NCBI GenBank assembly: GCA_023250775.1
Contig: JAHFAA010000002.1
Coordinates: forward strand, 1 to 28,585
Direction: 5' to 3'
Source: Bdellovibrionales bacterium
Lineage (GTDB): Bacteria > Bdellovibrionota > Bacteriovoracia > Bacteriovoracales > Bacteriovoracaceae
DNA length: 28,585 nucleotides
Notes under the pieces: generated by a model
Databases searched by the model: none
Told to the model about the DNA's origin: nothing
Seen by the model: the letters and a program-made list of their open reading frames with translations, nothing else
In this document: positions 1-9,946 of the stretch, piece by piece
How the letters are laid out: every line of letters starts with the position of its first letter
How positions within the stretch are numbered: the first letter of the stretch is position 1
Translations under genes and position numbers: made by a program

Positions 1-1
1 T

Positions 2-409
2 CGTTTTGGCCAAGTGAAGGCCTACATGGATGGACTAAAAGAATTTGCGGAAGTTCATGGTTATGCTGTCACCTTGCATGGACGTAAACGTTTTTTGCCG
101 GAAATAAAATCTACTAATCGTATGATTAAATCACAGGCAGAGCGAGTGGCGATCAATAGCCCGATTCAAGGAACTGCCGCTGACATTATTAAGTTGGCGA
201 TGATTCGTATTGATGATGAGCTTCGTTTACATAAATTAAAAACGCGTATGCTGCTTCAGGTTCACGACGAGCTTATTTTTGAAGTTCCCCTGGATGAGAT
301 TGAGCAGGTTAAAACGTTGGTGAAGAATGCCATGGAAGGAACTGTGACGCTAAAAGTTCCCCTAACCGTTGATCTTGGGATCGGTCCCAACTGGCAGGAG
401 TTGGGCTGA
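2..409 (+). CDS. polA: DNA polymerase I, C-terminal end (5' partial, open to window start)
   Basis: Frame is open from base 2 (RFGQVKAYM...). It carries the PolA motifs TLHGRKRFLPEI, AERVAINSPIQGTAADIIKLAMI and motif C MLLQVHDELIFEV, and ends VPLTVDLGIGPNW. Confidence 0.97.
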   Translation, partial: RFGQVKAYMDGLKEFAEVHGYAVTLHGRKRFLPEIKSTNRMIKSQAERVAINSPIQGTAADIIKLAMIRIDDELRLHKLKTRMLLQVHDELIFEVPLDEIEQVKTLVKNAMEGTVTLKVPLTVDLGIGPNWQELG

Positions 410-488
410 TTCTTATGCAACCGGTTAATTTTATAGAAAAAAATCTTGTTGGTGCACCGTGCTCTAATGTTTTATTAATGCCTCTCCC

Positions 489-516
489 TTGACATTCTTC
501 CAAGTGATATTAAATT
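489..516 (+). promoter_or_regulatory. Candidate sigma70-type promoter of groES-groEL
   Basis: Perfect TTGACA at 489-494, a 16-nt spacer, then TAAATT at 511-516 (4/6 to TATAAT). Strong SD GGAGGAG at 553-559. Confidence 0.45.
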
Positions 517-566
517 TGCGTCACGTTTATTTTAAAAACCTAATCTTTTTCTGGAGGAGCTTTTTT

Positions 567-854
567 ATGCAAGTAAGACCGCTACAAGATCGTGTGCTAG
601 TCGAGAGAACTGAGGAAGAAAACCGCACCAAGGGTGGGATTATCATTCCAGACACCAACAAAGAAAAACCAGCTCAAGGGAAAGTAATTTCCGTTGGACC
701 AGGTAAAGTGCTTGAAGATGGTAGCTATAAAAAATTAGACGTGAAGGCCGGAGATAAAATTATTTTTGGCAAATATGCCGGAACAGAAGTGAAAGTAGGT
801 GGAAAAGACCTTTTGATTATGCGCGAAGAAGATATTTTCGGTGTTATTCAATAA
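567..854 (+). CDS. groES: Co-chaperonin GroES (10 kDa)
   Basis: [12 protein letters not shown], mobile loop [32 protein letters not shown] and REEDIFGV. Start reassigned from TTG 489 to ATG 567 because of SD GGAGGAG at 553-559. Confidence 0.98.
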   Translation: MQVRPLQDRVLVERTEEENRTKGGIIIPDTNKEKPAQGKVISVGPGKVLEDGSYKKLDVKAGDKIIFGKYAGTEVKVGGKDLLIMREEDIFGVIQ

Positions 855-880
855 TAAAAAAAGTAACAAATAATTTATAG

Positions 881-2545
<1,665 letters not shown>

Positions 2546-2573
2546 TTCAGTCCAGTATTCAAAATTTCTAAAG

Positions 2574-2606
2574 AAAGGGGAGGTTTAGGCCTCCCCTTTT
2601 TATTTT
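2574..2606 (+). terminator. Rho-independent terminator after groEL
   Basis: Perfect 10-bp stem AAAGGGGAGG / CCTCCCCTTT, loop TTTAGG, followed by TTATTTT. Confidence 0.9.
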
Positions 2607-2622
2607 GGCCAAATTTTGCCGG

Positions 2623-2652
2623 GTTCTAAAAAGACGCAATGCGCAGCATAAT
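2623..2652 (+). promoter_or_regulatory. Candidate promoter GTTCTAAA-N16-CATAAT (weaker copy of the motif at 3555 and 4271)
   Basis: Same spacing as the other two copies. The base 7 nt after CATAAT is A2659, just before SD GGGAG at 2660-2664. Confidence 0.35.
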
Positions 2653-2668
2653 AAGGGCAGGGAGTTTT

Positions 2669-3127
2669 ATGTCCTTACCTGAAGAACGATTTCTTTTTTA
2701 TCTGAAGTTGCGACCGGAACTTCCTATTTTTTTCTTTCCACTCGCACGCTTACTTTCAGGGTTTGGAATCGATATTGTGCCCGTCAGTTTTGCAGACTTG
2801 AAGAACTTGTCCTCCTTTGGCGAGAGTTCACTTATCTTATCAGTTTGCCAAGATCTAACCTCCTACAGAAGTTGGCTTGTCGGCCGAAAATATTATCTTG
2901 ATCAGGCGTTGCTCACTGGAAAACACAAACTCATCGACGTGAGCAGTTTTTCACCTGTGACTCAGATGATGGAACTGATGAGGAAAAATCGATATTACTA
3001 TCATAAACTCCCCATGCTCATGGATGACTTGGCCCGAGAGACGGCCATTGTTTACTATAATGAGTACAAACAATCGGAAAAGTGGCCAGGTGGTAGGAGA
3101 ACAACACTTCCGCTTCTTACAGGGTGA
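2669..3127 (+). CDS. Hypothetical protein, possibly a degenerate CheY-like receiver fold with a basic C-terminal WPGGRR tail
   Basis: Long ORF in a co-oriented run. ATG 2669 has SD GGGAG and is preferred over 2639. It has an alternating beta/alpha pattern ending YYYHKLP-helix. The fold call is inference only. Confidence 0.7.
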   Translation: MSLPEERFLFYLKLRPELPIFFFPLARLLSGFGIDIVPVSFADLKNLSSFGESSLILSVCQDLTSYRSWLVGRKYYLDQALLTGKHKLIDVSSFSPVTQMMELMRKNRYYYHKLPMLMDDLARETAIVYYNEYKQSEKWPGGRRTTLPLLTG

Positions 3128-3130
3128 CTT

Positions 3131-3583
3131 ATGAATGATCAACAGCTCATTGTGCGGAGCTTGCTGGTATTAATTAAGTTGGACGCTGAGGCATTGCATG
3201 ACCGTCTCAAATATAATTTTCGTGAATATATGCAAGTGTTTGCTAATAAGAGAACACGTGAACATTTTAAAGATGTCCTGAAAACCCGTTATTTTGAAAT
3301 TCCCATTATCGACCTGAAATATTTGAGTGAAGATCTTTTGCTTGCCCTCGATAAATTCTATAAGGAAATTGATGCACTAAAATGGTATTTGAATGTGACA
3401 GAAGACATGCCCGCGACAGTGGAAGATCGTGTAATTCGGGTGCTTCGAGAGATGCAAGTGCATTACGATCTCTTGAAACTATATTTAGAGGCAGAGCTTG
3501 GTCACGTAGGGGTTTCTCCCGCCCCAGCGGTGCAAGAAGAGAGTTCAATCGATCCTTTCAAAATTAACATTCCTGAGTCATAA
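3131..3583 (+). CDS. Hypothetical all-helical cytoplasmic protein
   Basis: 150-aa ORF starting 3 nt after the upstream stop. Amphipathic helical composition, no recognised family motif. Confidence 0.75.
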   Translation: MNDQQLIVRSLLVLIKLDAEALHDRLKYNFREYMQVFANKRTREHFKDVLKTRYFEIPIIDLKYLSEDLLLALDKFYKEIDALKWYLNVTEDMPATVEDRVIRVLREMQVHYDLLKLYLEAELGHVGVSPAPAVQEESSIDPFKINIPES

Positions 3584-3590
3584 TCTGCAC
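3555..3590 (+). promoter_or_regulatory. Candidate leaderless promoter CTTTCAAA-N16-CATAAT-N6-ATG
   Basis: CTTTCAAA at 3555-3562, CATAAT at 3579-3584, ATG at 3591. No SD before this ATG. Confidence 0.45.
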
Positions 3591-4256
3591 ATGTGGGCCA
3601 TCTTGTGTTCGATCCTTATTTTTTGTTCAGTAAATGCGGAAGAATTTTCTCGTAATAAATTTGAAATTCTATCTGGGGTACGTCAGACAAAAGACGAAAA
3701 ATCCATGTGGGATACAAAATATTCTCATGATCAGTATGTTTTCGGAAAAACCCCTGCCAAATTCTTGGCCGCCAATTTTGATTATATTCCTGCCGGAGCC
3801 AATGTTCTTGATATGGGAATGGGTGAGGGGCGAAACGCCGTATTTTTGGCGCGCAAAGGGTATAAAGTGGTTGGAATTGATATCAGTTCTGTCGCCGTTC
3901 GCAAGGCCCGTGCTCTGGCCCAAGAATTTGGCGTTCGTATTGACACCGTTGTCGCCTCAATGACGGATTATAAAATTCCTGACGCCAGCTACGACGCCAT
4001 TATTTGTTTTTATTACGTGGAACGCTCTTTACACGAGAAAATGATGAAATGGTTACGTCCAGGCGGGATTTTGATCTATGAGGCGCATACAGAAAACCAG
4101 CTAAAAGTTCCTGGAAATGAGCATTACTCTCAAAAATATCTTTTGCATCCTGGTGAGCTTTTGGGCCTTTTTCCAACCTTAAAAGTTTTGAAATACGAAG
4201 AGCCCCTCCATCAAAAAGAATATACAACTAGTATAATTTTGCAGAAATCTAGGTAG
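3591..4256 (+). CDS. Class I SAM-dependent methyltransferase (TehB-like) with an apparent N-terminal signal peptide
   Basis: Motif I VLDMGMGEGRNAVFLA, VVGIDIS, YDAIICFYY and LRPGGILIYE. The N-terminus MWAILCSILIFCSVNA looks like a cleavable signal. An alternative start exists at ATG 3705. Confidence 0.88.
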   Translation: MWAILCSILIFCSVNAEEFSRNKFEILSGVRQTKDEKSMWDTKYSHDQYVFGKTPAKFLAANFDYIPAGANVLDMGMGEGRNAVFLARKGYKVVGIDISSVAVRKARALAQEFGVRIDTVVASMTDYKIPDASYDAIICFYYVERSLHEKMMKWLRPGGILIYEAHTENQLKVPGNEHYSQKYLLHPGELLGLFPTLKVLKYEEPLHQKEYTTSIILQKSR

Positions 4257-4270
4257 AAGAGGACTGCACT

Positions 4271-4306
4271 CTTTCAAATCACAGCATTCTCTTACATAAT
4301 TACTAT
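4271..4306 (+). promoter_or_regulatory. Candidate leaderless promoter CTTTCAAA-N16-CATAAT-N6-ATG
   Basis: CTTTCAAA at 4271-4278, CATAAT at 4295-4300, ATG at 4307. No SD. Geometry is identical to the copy at 3555. Confidence 0.5.
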
Positions 4307-4996
4307 ATGACATTGAAAAATCTCATTTACTGTTTTGTTCTTGGCATTTTCATCTCCTCTTCTGTGATGGCCAAGGAAGATGTCACAGGACTTTTTTCTG
4401 GGAGAGTATCCAAAATCAACGTTGAAGGCGGATTGGTAAGGGTTAGAGCAACCTTTGACAATGTGCGCTATCTTAATAAAAAAGACAAGATTAGTTTTTG
4501 GGATGTGCACCATCCCATTATTCGCTGCGCAGCCTATATCGTCGGAAAAAGTAATGACTATTTTTCTATGCGAGTTCCAGACTACAAAAATTGTGTAACA
4601 GGCGTATCGCTGACGATGGGGCGGTATCTGCAATTTTATTCGCAAGATTTGGCCAATAATTTGGCCATGGGTCATGAGTTGGTGGATATCTTGCTCAAAA
4701 AGCGGCTGGCGATCCAAGGAAAGGTATCTCGTAATCAGAAGGAACTTGATAACTACACAGAAAAAGTGAGTGCCGTTAACGAACGATACAAATTATTGCG
4801 CGAAAAACTTGAGTCTGAATGGAGAGAGGAACTGGGCTTGATTGAGGAAGATCGACTGGTGGCCTTGCGAAACTTCAAAGACCTGCAAATGCGTCTTGAT
4901 GAATTGGATTTGAAATTGCAGAAATACAAAATTGAAGATGAAAATTTGGTTACTGATCGATGGTCTCTTGATCCGCGCCTTTTCTATAAGAAGTAA
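4307..4996 (+). CDS. Hypothetical exported protein: signal peptide, beta-rich N-domain with a Cys pair, long C-terminal coiled coil
   Basis: MTLKNLIYCFVLGIFISSSVMA fits a Sec signal. Beta-type segments (FSGRVSKIN, LVRVRA). Heptad-rich K/E/L region from about residue 120. Confidence 0.8.
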   Translation: MTLKNLIYCFVLGIFISSSVMAKEDVTGLFSGRVSKINVEGGLVRVRATFDNVRYLNKKDKISFWDVHHPIIRCAAYIVGKSNDYFSMRVPDYKNCVTGVSLTMGRYLQFYSQDLANNLAMGHELVDILLKKRLAIQGKVSRNQKELDNYTEKVSAVNERYKLLREKLESEWREELGLIEEDRLVALRNFKDLQMRLDELDLKLQKYKIEDENLVTDRWSLDPRLFYKK

Positions 4997-5040
4997 TACG
5001 CCGCTCGGCACTATAGATGTAAAAGTATTTGTAATAGTTT

Positions 5041-5069
5041 TTGATTCAGGTCATTTTTTACACTACACT
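5041..5069 (+). promoter_or_regulatory. Candidate sigma70 promoter of the ABC transporter run
   Basis: TTGATT at 5041-5046, a 17-nt spacer, TACACT at 5064-5069. SD GGGAG at 5096-5100. Confidence 0.45.
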
Positions 5070-5105
5070 GATGCAAACATTTGAAGTACTGAAATGGGAG
5101 TAATT

Positions 5106-6734
5106 ATGCGCCTGCTAGTCAGTTTATTGGCCTTGATTTTATTGTCTTCTGCTCATGCAGAAAATTTGGGTAATCCCAATGCACCAAAGGGTGGAACTTT
5201 TCTCTACAATTTGGAATCCGTACCAACAACAATGCATCCTCTTTCATCGACTGATGCTTATGGGCAAGTGGTACAGGATTATGTCCTAGACTCATTGGCC
5301 GTGCGCCATCCCGAGACATACGACTGGGTGCCTGCCATGGCCTCTGAATGGACTATTTCAAAAGACGGAAAAGTTTTTGAATTCACTTTGCGTGATGGAG
5401 TGAAGTGGCATGATGGCAAACCGCTGACAGCTGAGGACGTCAAATTTTCATTTGACGCTATTATGGAACCTCATAATAAATACAAGACGGCGCACATGCG
5501 ACCGTACTATGAAGACATTGAAAAAGTTGAGATTCTTGCTCCCAACAAAGTCCGTTTTACTTGTAAGAAAACTTACTTTCAAAATTTTGCGGTAGCAGCT
5601 GGTCTTACAATTTTACCAAAACACATCTATGAAAATCCCACCAAGGAACAAGAGAAGGAATTAAATAAAACCATTATTGGAACTGGTGCGTACAAGGTTG
5701 ACAGTTATGATCGCACCAAGGGCATTACCCTCAAAAGAAATCCAGATTGGTGGGGCTACAAGGTTGATTTTTTCAAGAATACTCAGAATTACGAAAAAAT
5801 CCTCATGAAATTTGTGAAAGAAGATACTATCGCCATTACCATGCTCGAAAAAGAAGAGCTGGATTTTATTTCGCTCAATACGGAAGCTTATAACAAGAAA
5901 ACTTCTGGACCAAAATGGGGCAAGTCAGTTTTTAAAGTGAAATATGAATCCAAAGCAGCTAAAGGTTATGCCTTTCTTGGTTTCAACCTAAAAGAGCCTA
6001 TGTTTCAAAGTAAAAAATTGCGTACAGCACTTTACCATCTTGTGAACCGCGATTTGATGAATGAAAAATTTCTTTTTGGTCAAAGTGAGTTGGCCAATGG
6101 TCCTTGGTATAAGCAGAGTGAATACGCTAATCCAGATGTGAAGCCCATTTTGTTTGACATGAAAAAGGCCATGGATCTTTTAAAAGAAGACGGATGGAAA
6201 GATTCTGATGGTGACCAAATTTTAGATAAGGTGATTGATGGGCAAAAAGTAAAATTAAGTTTTACCATTTTGGAACCATTGCAGGATTTCGTGAAATATC
6301 TCACGGTTTTCAAAGAAGATGCCAAGAAGGCCGGAGTTGACGTCAATATTAAGTATGTCGAATGGAACACCTTCATTAAACTTTTAGATGAACGTAAATT
6401 TCAAATGGTGCGTTTGGCCTGGGGAGCTGGTTCTGTTGATATTGACCCCAAGCAAATTTGGCACTCATCATCCATTGCGGAGCAGGGTTCCAATTTCATC
6501 AGCTACAGCAATCCGAAGGTCGATAAGTTGATTGATGAGGCCCGGATGGCAATTGAGAAAAAAGACAGAGTTAAACTTTTACGTGAAGTTTATAAACTGA
6601 TCGCAGACGATGTTCCATATATCTTCTTTTTTAACTCAAAATATGGATATTACGGCCATACAAAACGCTTAAAGCGCGTTAAGGATACCTACAATTATTC
6701 TGTAGGCCTTTCATATTGGTGGCTAGAAAAGTAA
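5106..6734 (+). CDS. Peptide/nickel-family (SBP family 5) ABC substrate-binding protein, YejA/OppA-like
   Basis: PAMASEWTISKDGKVFEFTLRDGVKWHDGKPLTAEDVKFSFD is the family-5 signature; also IGTGAYKV. Sec signal MRLLVSLLALILLSSAHA. ATG 5106 follows SD GGGAG and is preferred over 5094. Confidence 0.93.
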   Translation: MRLLVSLLALILLSSAHAENLGNPNAPKGGTFLYNLESVPTTMHPLSSTDAYGQVVQDYVLDSLAVRHPETYDWVPAMASEWTISKDGKVFEFTLRDGVKWHDGKPLTAEDVKFSFDAIMEPHNKYKTAHMRPYYEDIEKVEILAPNKVRFTCKKTYFQNFAVAAGLTILPKHIYENPTKEQEKELNKTIIGTGAYKVDSYDRTKGITLKRNPDWWGYKVDFFKNTQNYEKILMKFVKEDTIAITMLEKEELDFISLNTEAYNKKTSGPKWGKSVFKVKYESKAAKGYAFLGFNLKEPMFQSKKLRTALYHLVNRDLMNEKFLFGQSELANGPWYKQSEYANPDVKPILFDMKKAMDLLKEDGWKDSDGDQILDKVIDGQKVKLSFTILEPLQDFVKYLTVFKEDAKKAGVDVNIKYVEWNTFIKLLDERKFQMVRLAWGAGSVDIDPKQIWHSSSIAEQGSNFISYSNPKVDKLIDEARMAIEKKDRVKLLREVYKLIADDVPYIFFFNSKYGYYGHTKRLKRVKDTYNYSVGLSYWWLEK

Positions 6735-6738
6735 ACGC

Positions 6739-7791
6739 ATGGGACTTGGAATTTACATCTTAAGACGATTTTTGATCATGATCCCCACATTGTTGGGCGT
6801 GACACTAATCGTCTTTTTCATTATCAACCTGGCACCAGGTAGCCCCATTGAGCAAAAGATTCAGCAGCTCAAATTTTCAGGAATGGGCAGCGCTGGTGGC
6901 GGTGGTGGTGGAATGTCTTCAAGGGGTGGTGAGCGCGGCAGTGCCATTTCCGCTGAAGTTATTGAGGCGCTAAAAAAGCAATATGGATTCGATAAGCCTG
7001 TCCATATACGCTACTGGTTGTGGCTCAAGAATTTGTCTCATCTGAATTTTGGTGATTCATTTACTTATGGTGATTCCGTCATCAGTGTCATTGTCAGCAA
7101 ATTTCCGGTCTCGCTTCAATTTGGGATTACCAGTTTATTTCTGAGCTATATAGTCTGCATCTTTTTAGGTGTTTTTAAGGCCATCAGAAATGGTAGCCGG
7201 TTCGACATGATTTCCAGTGTCTTGCTCTTTGCTTTGTATTCAATCCCCAGTTTTATGTTGGCCATCGTTTTGATTCAATTCGTGGCCGGTGGAAATTATT
7301 TGGAATGGTTTCCCATTGGCGGGTTGCTTTCCGATAATTATGACGATCTCACCATGGCCGGTAAAATCTGGGATCGGTTTCATCACTTCATCCTGCCTCT
7401 TGTTTGCTATATGATCGGCAGTTTTACCGTGCTTACGATGTTGATGAAGAATTCTCTGCTTGATGAAATTAAAAAAGATTATATTCGAACCGCCCGTGCC
7501 AAAGGCCTTTCAGAAAAAGTTGTTTACTTAAAGCATGCACTCAGAAATGCACTCATTCCGATCGTAACGGGACTTGGGGGATTTTTATCTGTGTTTTTTG
7601 CCGGGTCACTGCTCTTAGAAGTAATTTTTCGACTAGATGGTATTGGCCTCATGAGTTACCAAGCCGTTTTAGAGCGCGATTACAATGTCATTATGGGATC
7701 GGTCTTTATTCAAAGCGTTTTGATGTTGGTGGGAAATTTATTAAGTGATATTGCCTACGTTGTCGTAGATCCACGGATTGATTTTACATGA
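6739..7791 (+). CDS. Peptide ABC permease, OppB/YejB type
   Basis: YILRRFLIMIPTLLGV, YGFDKPVHIRY, EAA loop DYIRTARAKGLSE and KHALRNALIP. Has the Gly-rich periplasmic insert typical of YejB. Confidence 0.93.
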   Translation: MGLGIYILRRFLIMIPTLLGVTLIVFFIINLAPGSPIEQKIQQLKFSGMGSAGGGGGGMSSRGGERGSAISAEVIEALKKQYGFDKPVHIRYWLWLKNLSHLNFGDSFTYGDSVISVIVSKFPVSLQFGITSLFLSYIVCIFLGVFKAIRNGSRFDMISSVLLFALYSIPSFMLAIVLIQFVAGGNYLEWFPIGGLLSDNYDDLTMAGKIWDRFHHFILPLVCYMIGSFTVLTMLMKNSLLDEIKKDYIRTARAKGLSEKVVYLKHALRNALIPIVTGLGGFLSVFFAGSLLLEVIFRLDGIGLMSYQAVLERDYNVIMGSVFIQSVLMLVGNLLSDIAYVVVDPRIDFT

Positions 7792-8810
7792 TTGAACGTT
7801 ATTTAATTACCAATGAATTATCTTTAAAAAGATATCGGCGTTTCAAGAGAAGAACGCTCGCTGTTGTATCTGTGTTTTTATTGCTGTCGGCAATAATTCT
7901 AACGTTAATTGCGCCTGTCCTTTCAAATAGTCGTCCGATCGTAATGAAGTATCATGGGCATCTCTATTTCCCTGCTGTGGTCAATTATCATCCGACAGTG
8001 TTTGGGATCACTGACACTTTTGATACCGACTATAGGGCGTTTAAATTTGAAAATGGAGATTTTGCTTGGTGGCCGATCAATAGATGGGATCCGTTTGAAA
8101 GTAATAAGGTCATTGAAAATTATCCAGGAAGACCGACCAAGGTGAATTGGATGGGGACTGATGATCGTGGGCGTGATGTGTTTACCAGGCTTCTCTATGG
8201 CTTTAAATACAGTATCGTGTATGCGGTTCTCGTTTGGGTCATTGATTTTGGTATAGGCACGATACTTGGCAGCTTGATGGGATTTTACGGTGGGAAAATC
8301 GATTTTTTTGGCCAGCGTATTGTTGAAATCATGAGTACCGTACCCCAGTTCTTTCTTCTTATTATTTTGATTTCAATTTTTACCCCCAGCCTTTTGATGT
8401 TGGTTTTGATCTCAAGTGTTTTTTCATGGATCAGTATTAGTTATTATGTTCGGGCAGAATTTTTGAAAAATAGAAAAAGAGAATTTGTTGAGGCCGCTCG
8501 TGCCATGGGGGCTTCATCCTCTAAGATTGTCTTTAAACATATTTTACCCAATTCGCTGACTCCTCTAATTACCTTTGCCCCCTTTGCGATTGCCGGGCAT
8601 ATTTCAGGACTGGCCTCATTGGACTATCTGGGCTTCGGTCTTGAAGTTCCAACTCCGAGTTGGGGAGAGTTATTGGCCCAGGCGCAAAAAAATTACACCA
8701 TCGCTTGGTGGTTGGCGGTCTATCCATCCCTTGCCCTTTTTTCAACGCTGACTCTTTTGAACCTGATTGGAGAAGGGATTCGTGATGCGATGGATCCCAA
8801 TATGGTCTGA
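7788..8810 (+). CDS. Peptide ABC permease, OppC/YejE type
   Basis: WMGTDDRGRDVFTRLLYG, EFVEAARAMGAS, KHILPNSLTP, LDYLGFGL and PSWGELLAQ. ATGA overlap with the upstream permease. Confidence 0.93.
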   Translation: MIERYLITNELSLKRYRRFKRRTLAVVSVFLLLSAIILTLIAPVLSNSRPIVMKYHGHLYFPAVVNYHPTVFGITDTFDTDYRAFKFENGDFAWWPINRWDPFESNKVIENYPGRPTKVNWMGTDDRGRDVFTRLLYGFKYSIVYAVLVWVIDFGIGTILGSLMGFYGGKIDFFGQRIVEIMSTVPQFFLLIILISIFTPSLLMLVLISSVFSWISISYYVRAEFLKNRKREFVEAARAMGASSSKIVFKHILPNSLTPLITFAPFAIAGHISGLASLDYLGFGLEVPTPSWGELLAQAQKNYTIAWWLAVYPSLALFSTLTLLNLIGEGIRDAMDPNMV

Positions 8811-9946
8811 TGCGAAGTTCTTTGATTCTTCTTATCATTATTTTCTTTAGTTCTTTATCGCAGGCAGGTATTCCTCAAAGTGTTTCAGACTGTCTTAAAT
8901 CCTCTTCTGAGAGTGTGCAAGAGATCAAGCCTTTGTATGCCCAGGGTTTTACTTTTTTTAAAGGAAAAGGATTTTCTTTTATTGAATTTAAGAAAGGTTA
9001 TGCTTTAAAGGGCGGATCAGAGATTATTTTGATTTCCTCAGGACCATTTTCATGCCCTGGGCTTAGAACATTTCGCCCACCCTTCAAAAAAGTTTTAAGT
9101 CTTTCAACAACATTTATTCCCCTTTTTGATTTTGGCAAAATGAATAATGTCCTGATTGGGATAAGTGGAAAAAACTTTATTAACAGTCCCTGGGCGTTAG
9201 AAAAAATAAAAATTGGTCAGCTTAAAGATATTGGGTACCCACCAAATTTAGAGGCCATAGCAACTTTGGGAACTGATTTGATTTTGCTTTATCCTTTGGC
9301 TGAGCAGGAATTTTCACTTGAGCAGAAATTTAAAGCGCTGAAATTAAATTACCTTGGCCTGGCAGAATACCTGGAGCCTCATCCACTTGGTCGAGCGGAG
9401 TGGAGTAAAGTTTTCTGTGCGGTCATGAACTGTCCTAATGATGCGGAGAAAGACTTTTTGGCGATAGTGAAGTCCTATGAGAAGACGAAAAGTGATGTTC
9501 AAAAAATTGCCTTGCACCCAAAGGTCATGATGGGTTCTTTTTGGGGAGGCGAGTGGCAATCTCCGGGCGGAGATAGTTATTTGGCCAAATTAGTTGAAGA
9601 TGCCGGTGGGGACTACGTTTTTTCCTCTCCCAAAGAGGCAAAAACAAAAGCTCTTGATTTTGAATTTGTTTACTCTGTTTTCTCTCGGATAAATTTCTGG
9701 TTACCCCACGCCAGCATTGAGAACTTAAAATCTTTGCAAAAAGATGATCCGCGCTACAAAATGCTCAATAAATTTCCACTGAAAATTTATAATTATGACA
9801 AAATAAAGAGTGAAAATGGTGGGATCGATTTTTGGGAAAACGGAGTTTATCGACCTGATCTTGTTCTCTTGGATTTGGCAAAAATCTTTCACCCAGAATT
9901 GGTGCCAACTCACTCCTTGATTTGGTATAGGGCCTTGCAGTGGTAA
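8810..9946 (+). CDS. Cobalamin/Fe-siderophore ABC substrate-binding protein (BtuF-like, Bacteroidota-type)
   Basis: EYLEPHPLGRAEW, PGGDSYLAKLVEDAGGDY and DFWENGVYRPDLVLLDLAKIFHPEL. Sec-type signal. TGATG overlap with the upstream gene. The substrate is inferred. Confidence 0.82.
   Translation: MRSSLILLIIIFFSSLSQAGIPQSVSDCLKSSSESVQEIKPLYAQGFTFFKGKGFSFIEFKKGYALKGGSEIILISSGPFSCPGLRTFRPPFKKVLSLSTTFIPLFDFGKMNNVLIGISGKNFINSPWALEKIKIGQLKDIGYPPNLEAIATLGTDLILLYPLAEQEFSLEQKFKALKLNYLGLAEYLEPHPLGRAEWSKVFCAVMNCPNDAEKDFLAIVKSYEKTKSDVQKIALHPKVMMGSFWGGEWQSPGGDSYLAKLVEDAGGDYVFSSPKEAKTKALDFEFVYSVFSRINFWLPHASIENLKSLQKDDPRYKMLNKFPLKIYNYDKIKSENGGIDFWENGVYRPDLVLLDLAKIFHPELVPTHSLIWYRALQW

Noticed and set aside
410-566. 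Search for a CIRCE (HrcA) element or sigma32 promoter upstream of groES
   Set aside because: No TTAGCACTC-N9-GAGTGCTAA and no CCCCAT -10 box. Only an 8-bp palindrome GGTGCACC (451-458), which is too short to support a claim.
6880-6945. Poly-Gly GGT/GGC stretch in the permease
   Set aside because: Gly-rich periplasmic inserts are typical of YejB-type permeases. It is not a contingency locus, and the frame is intact.
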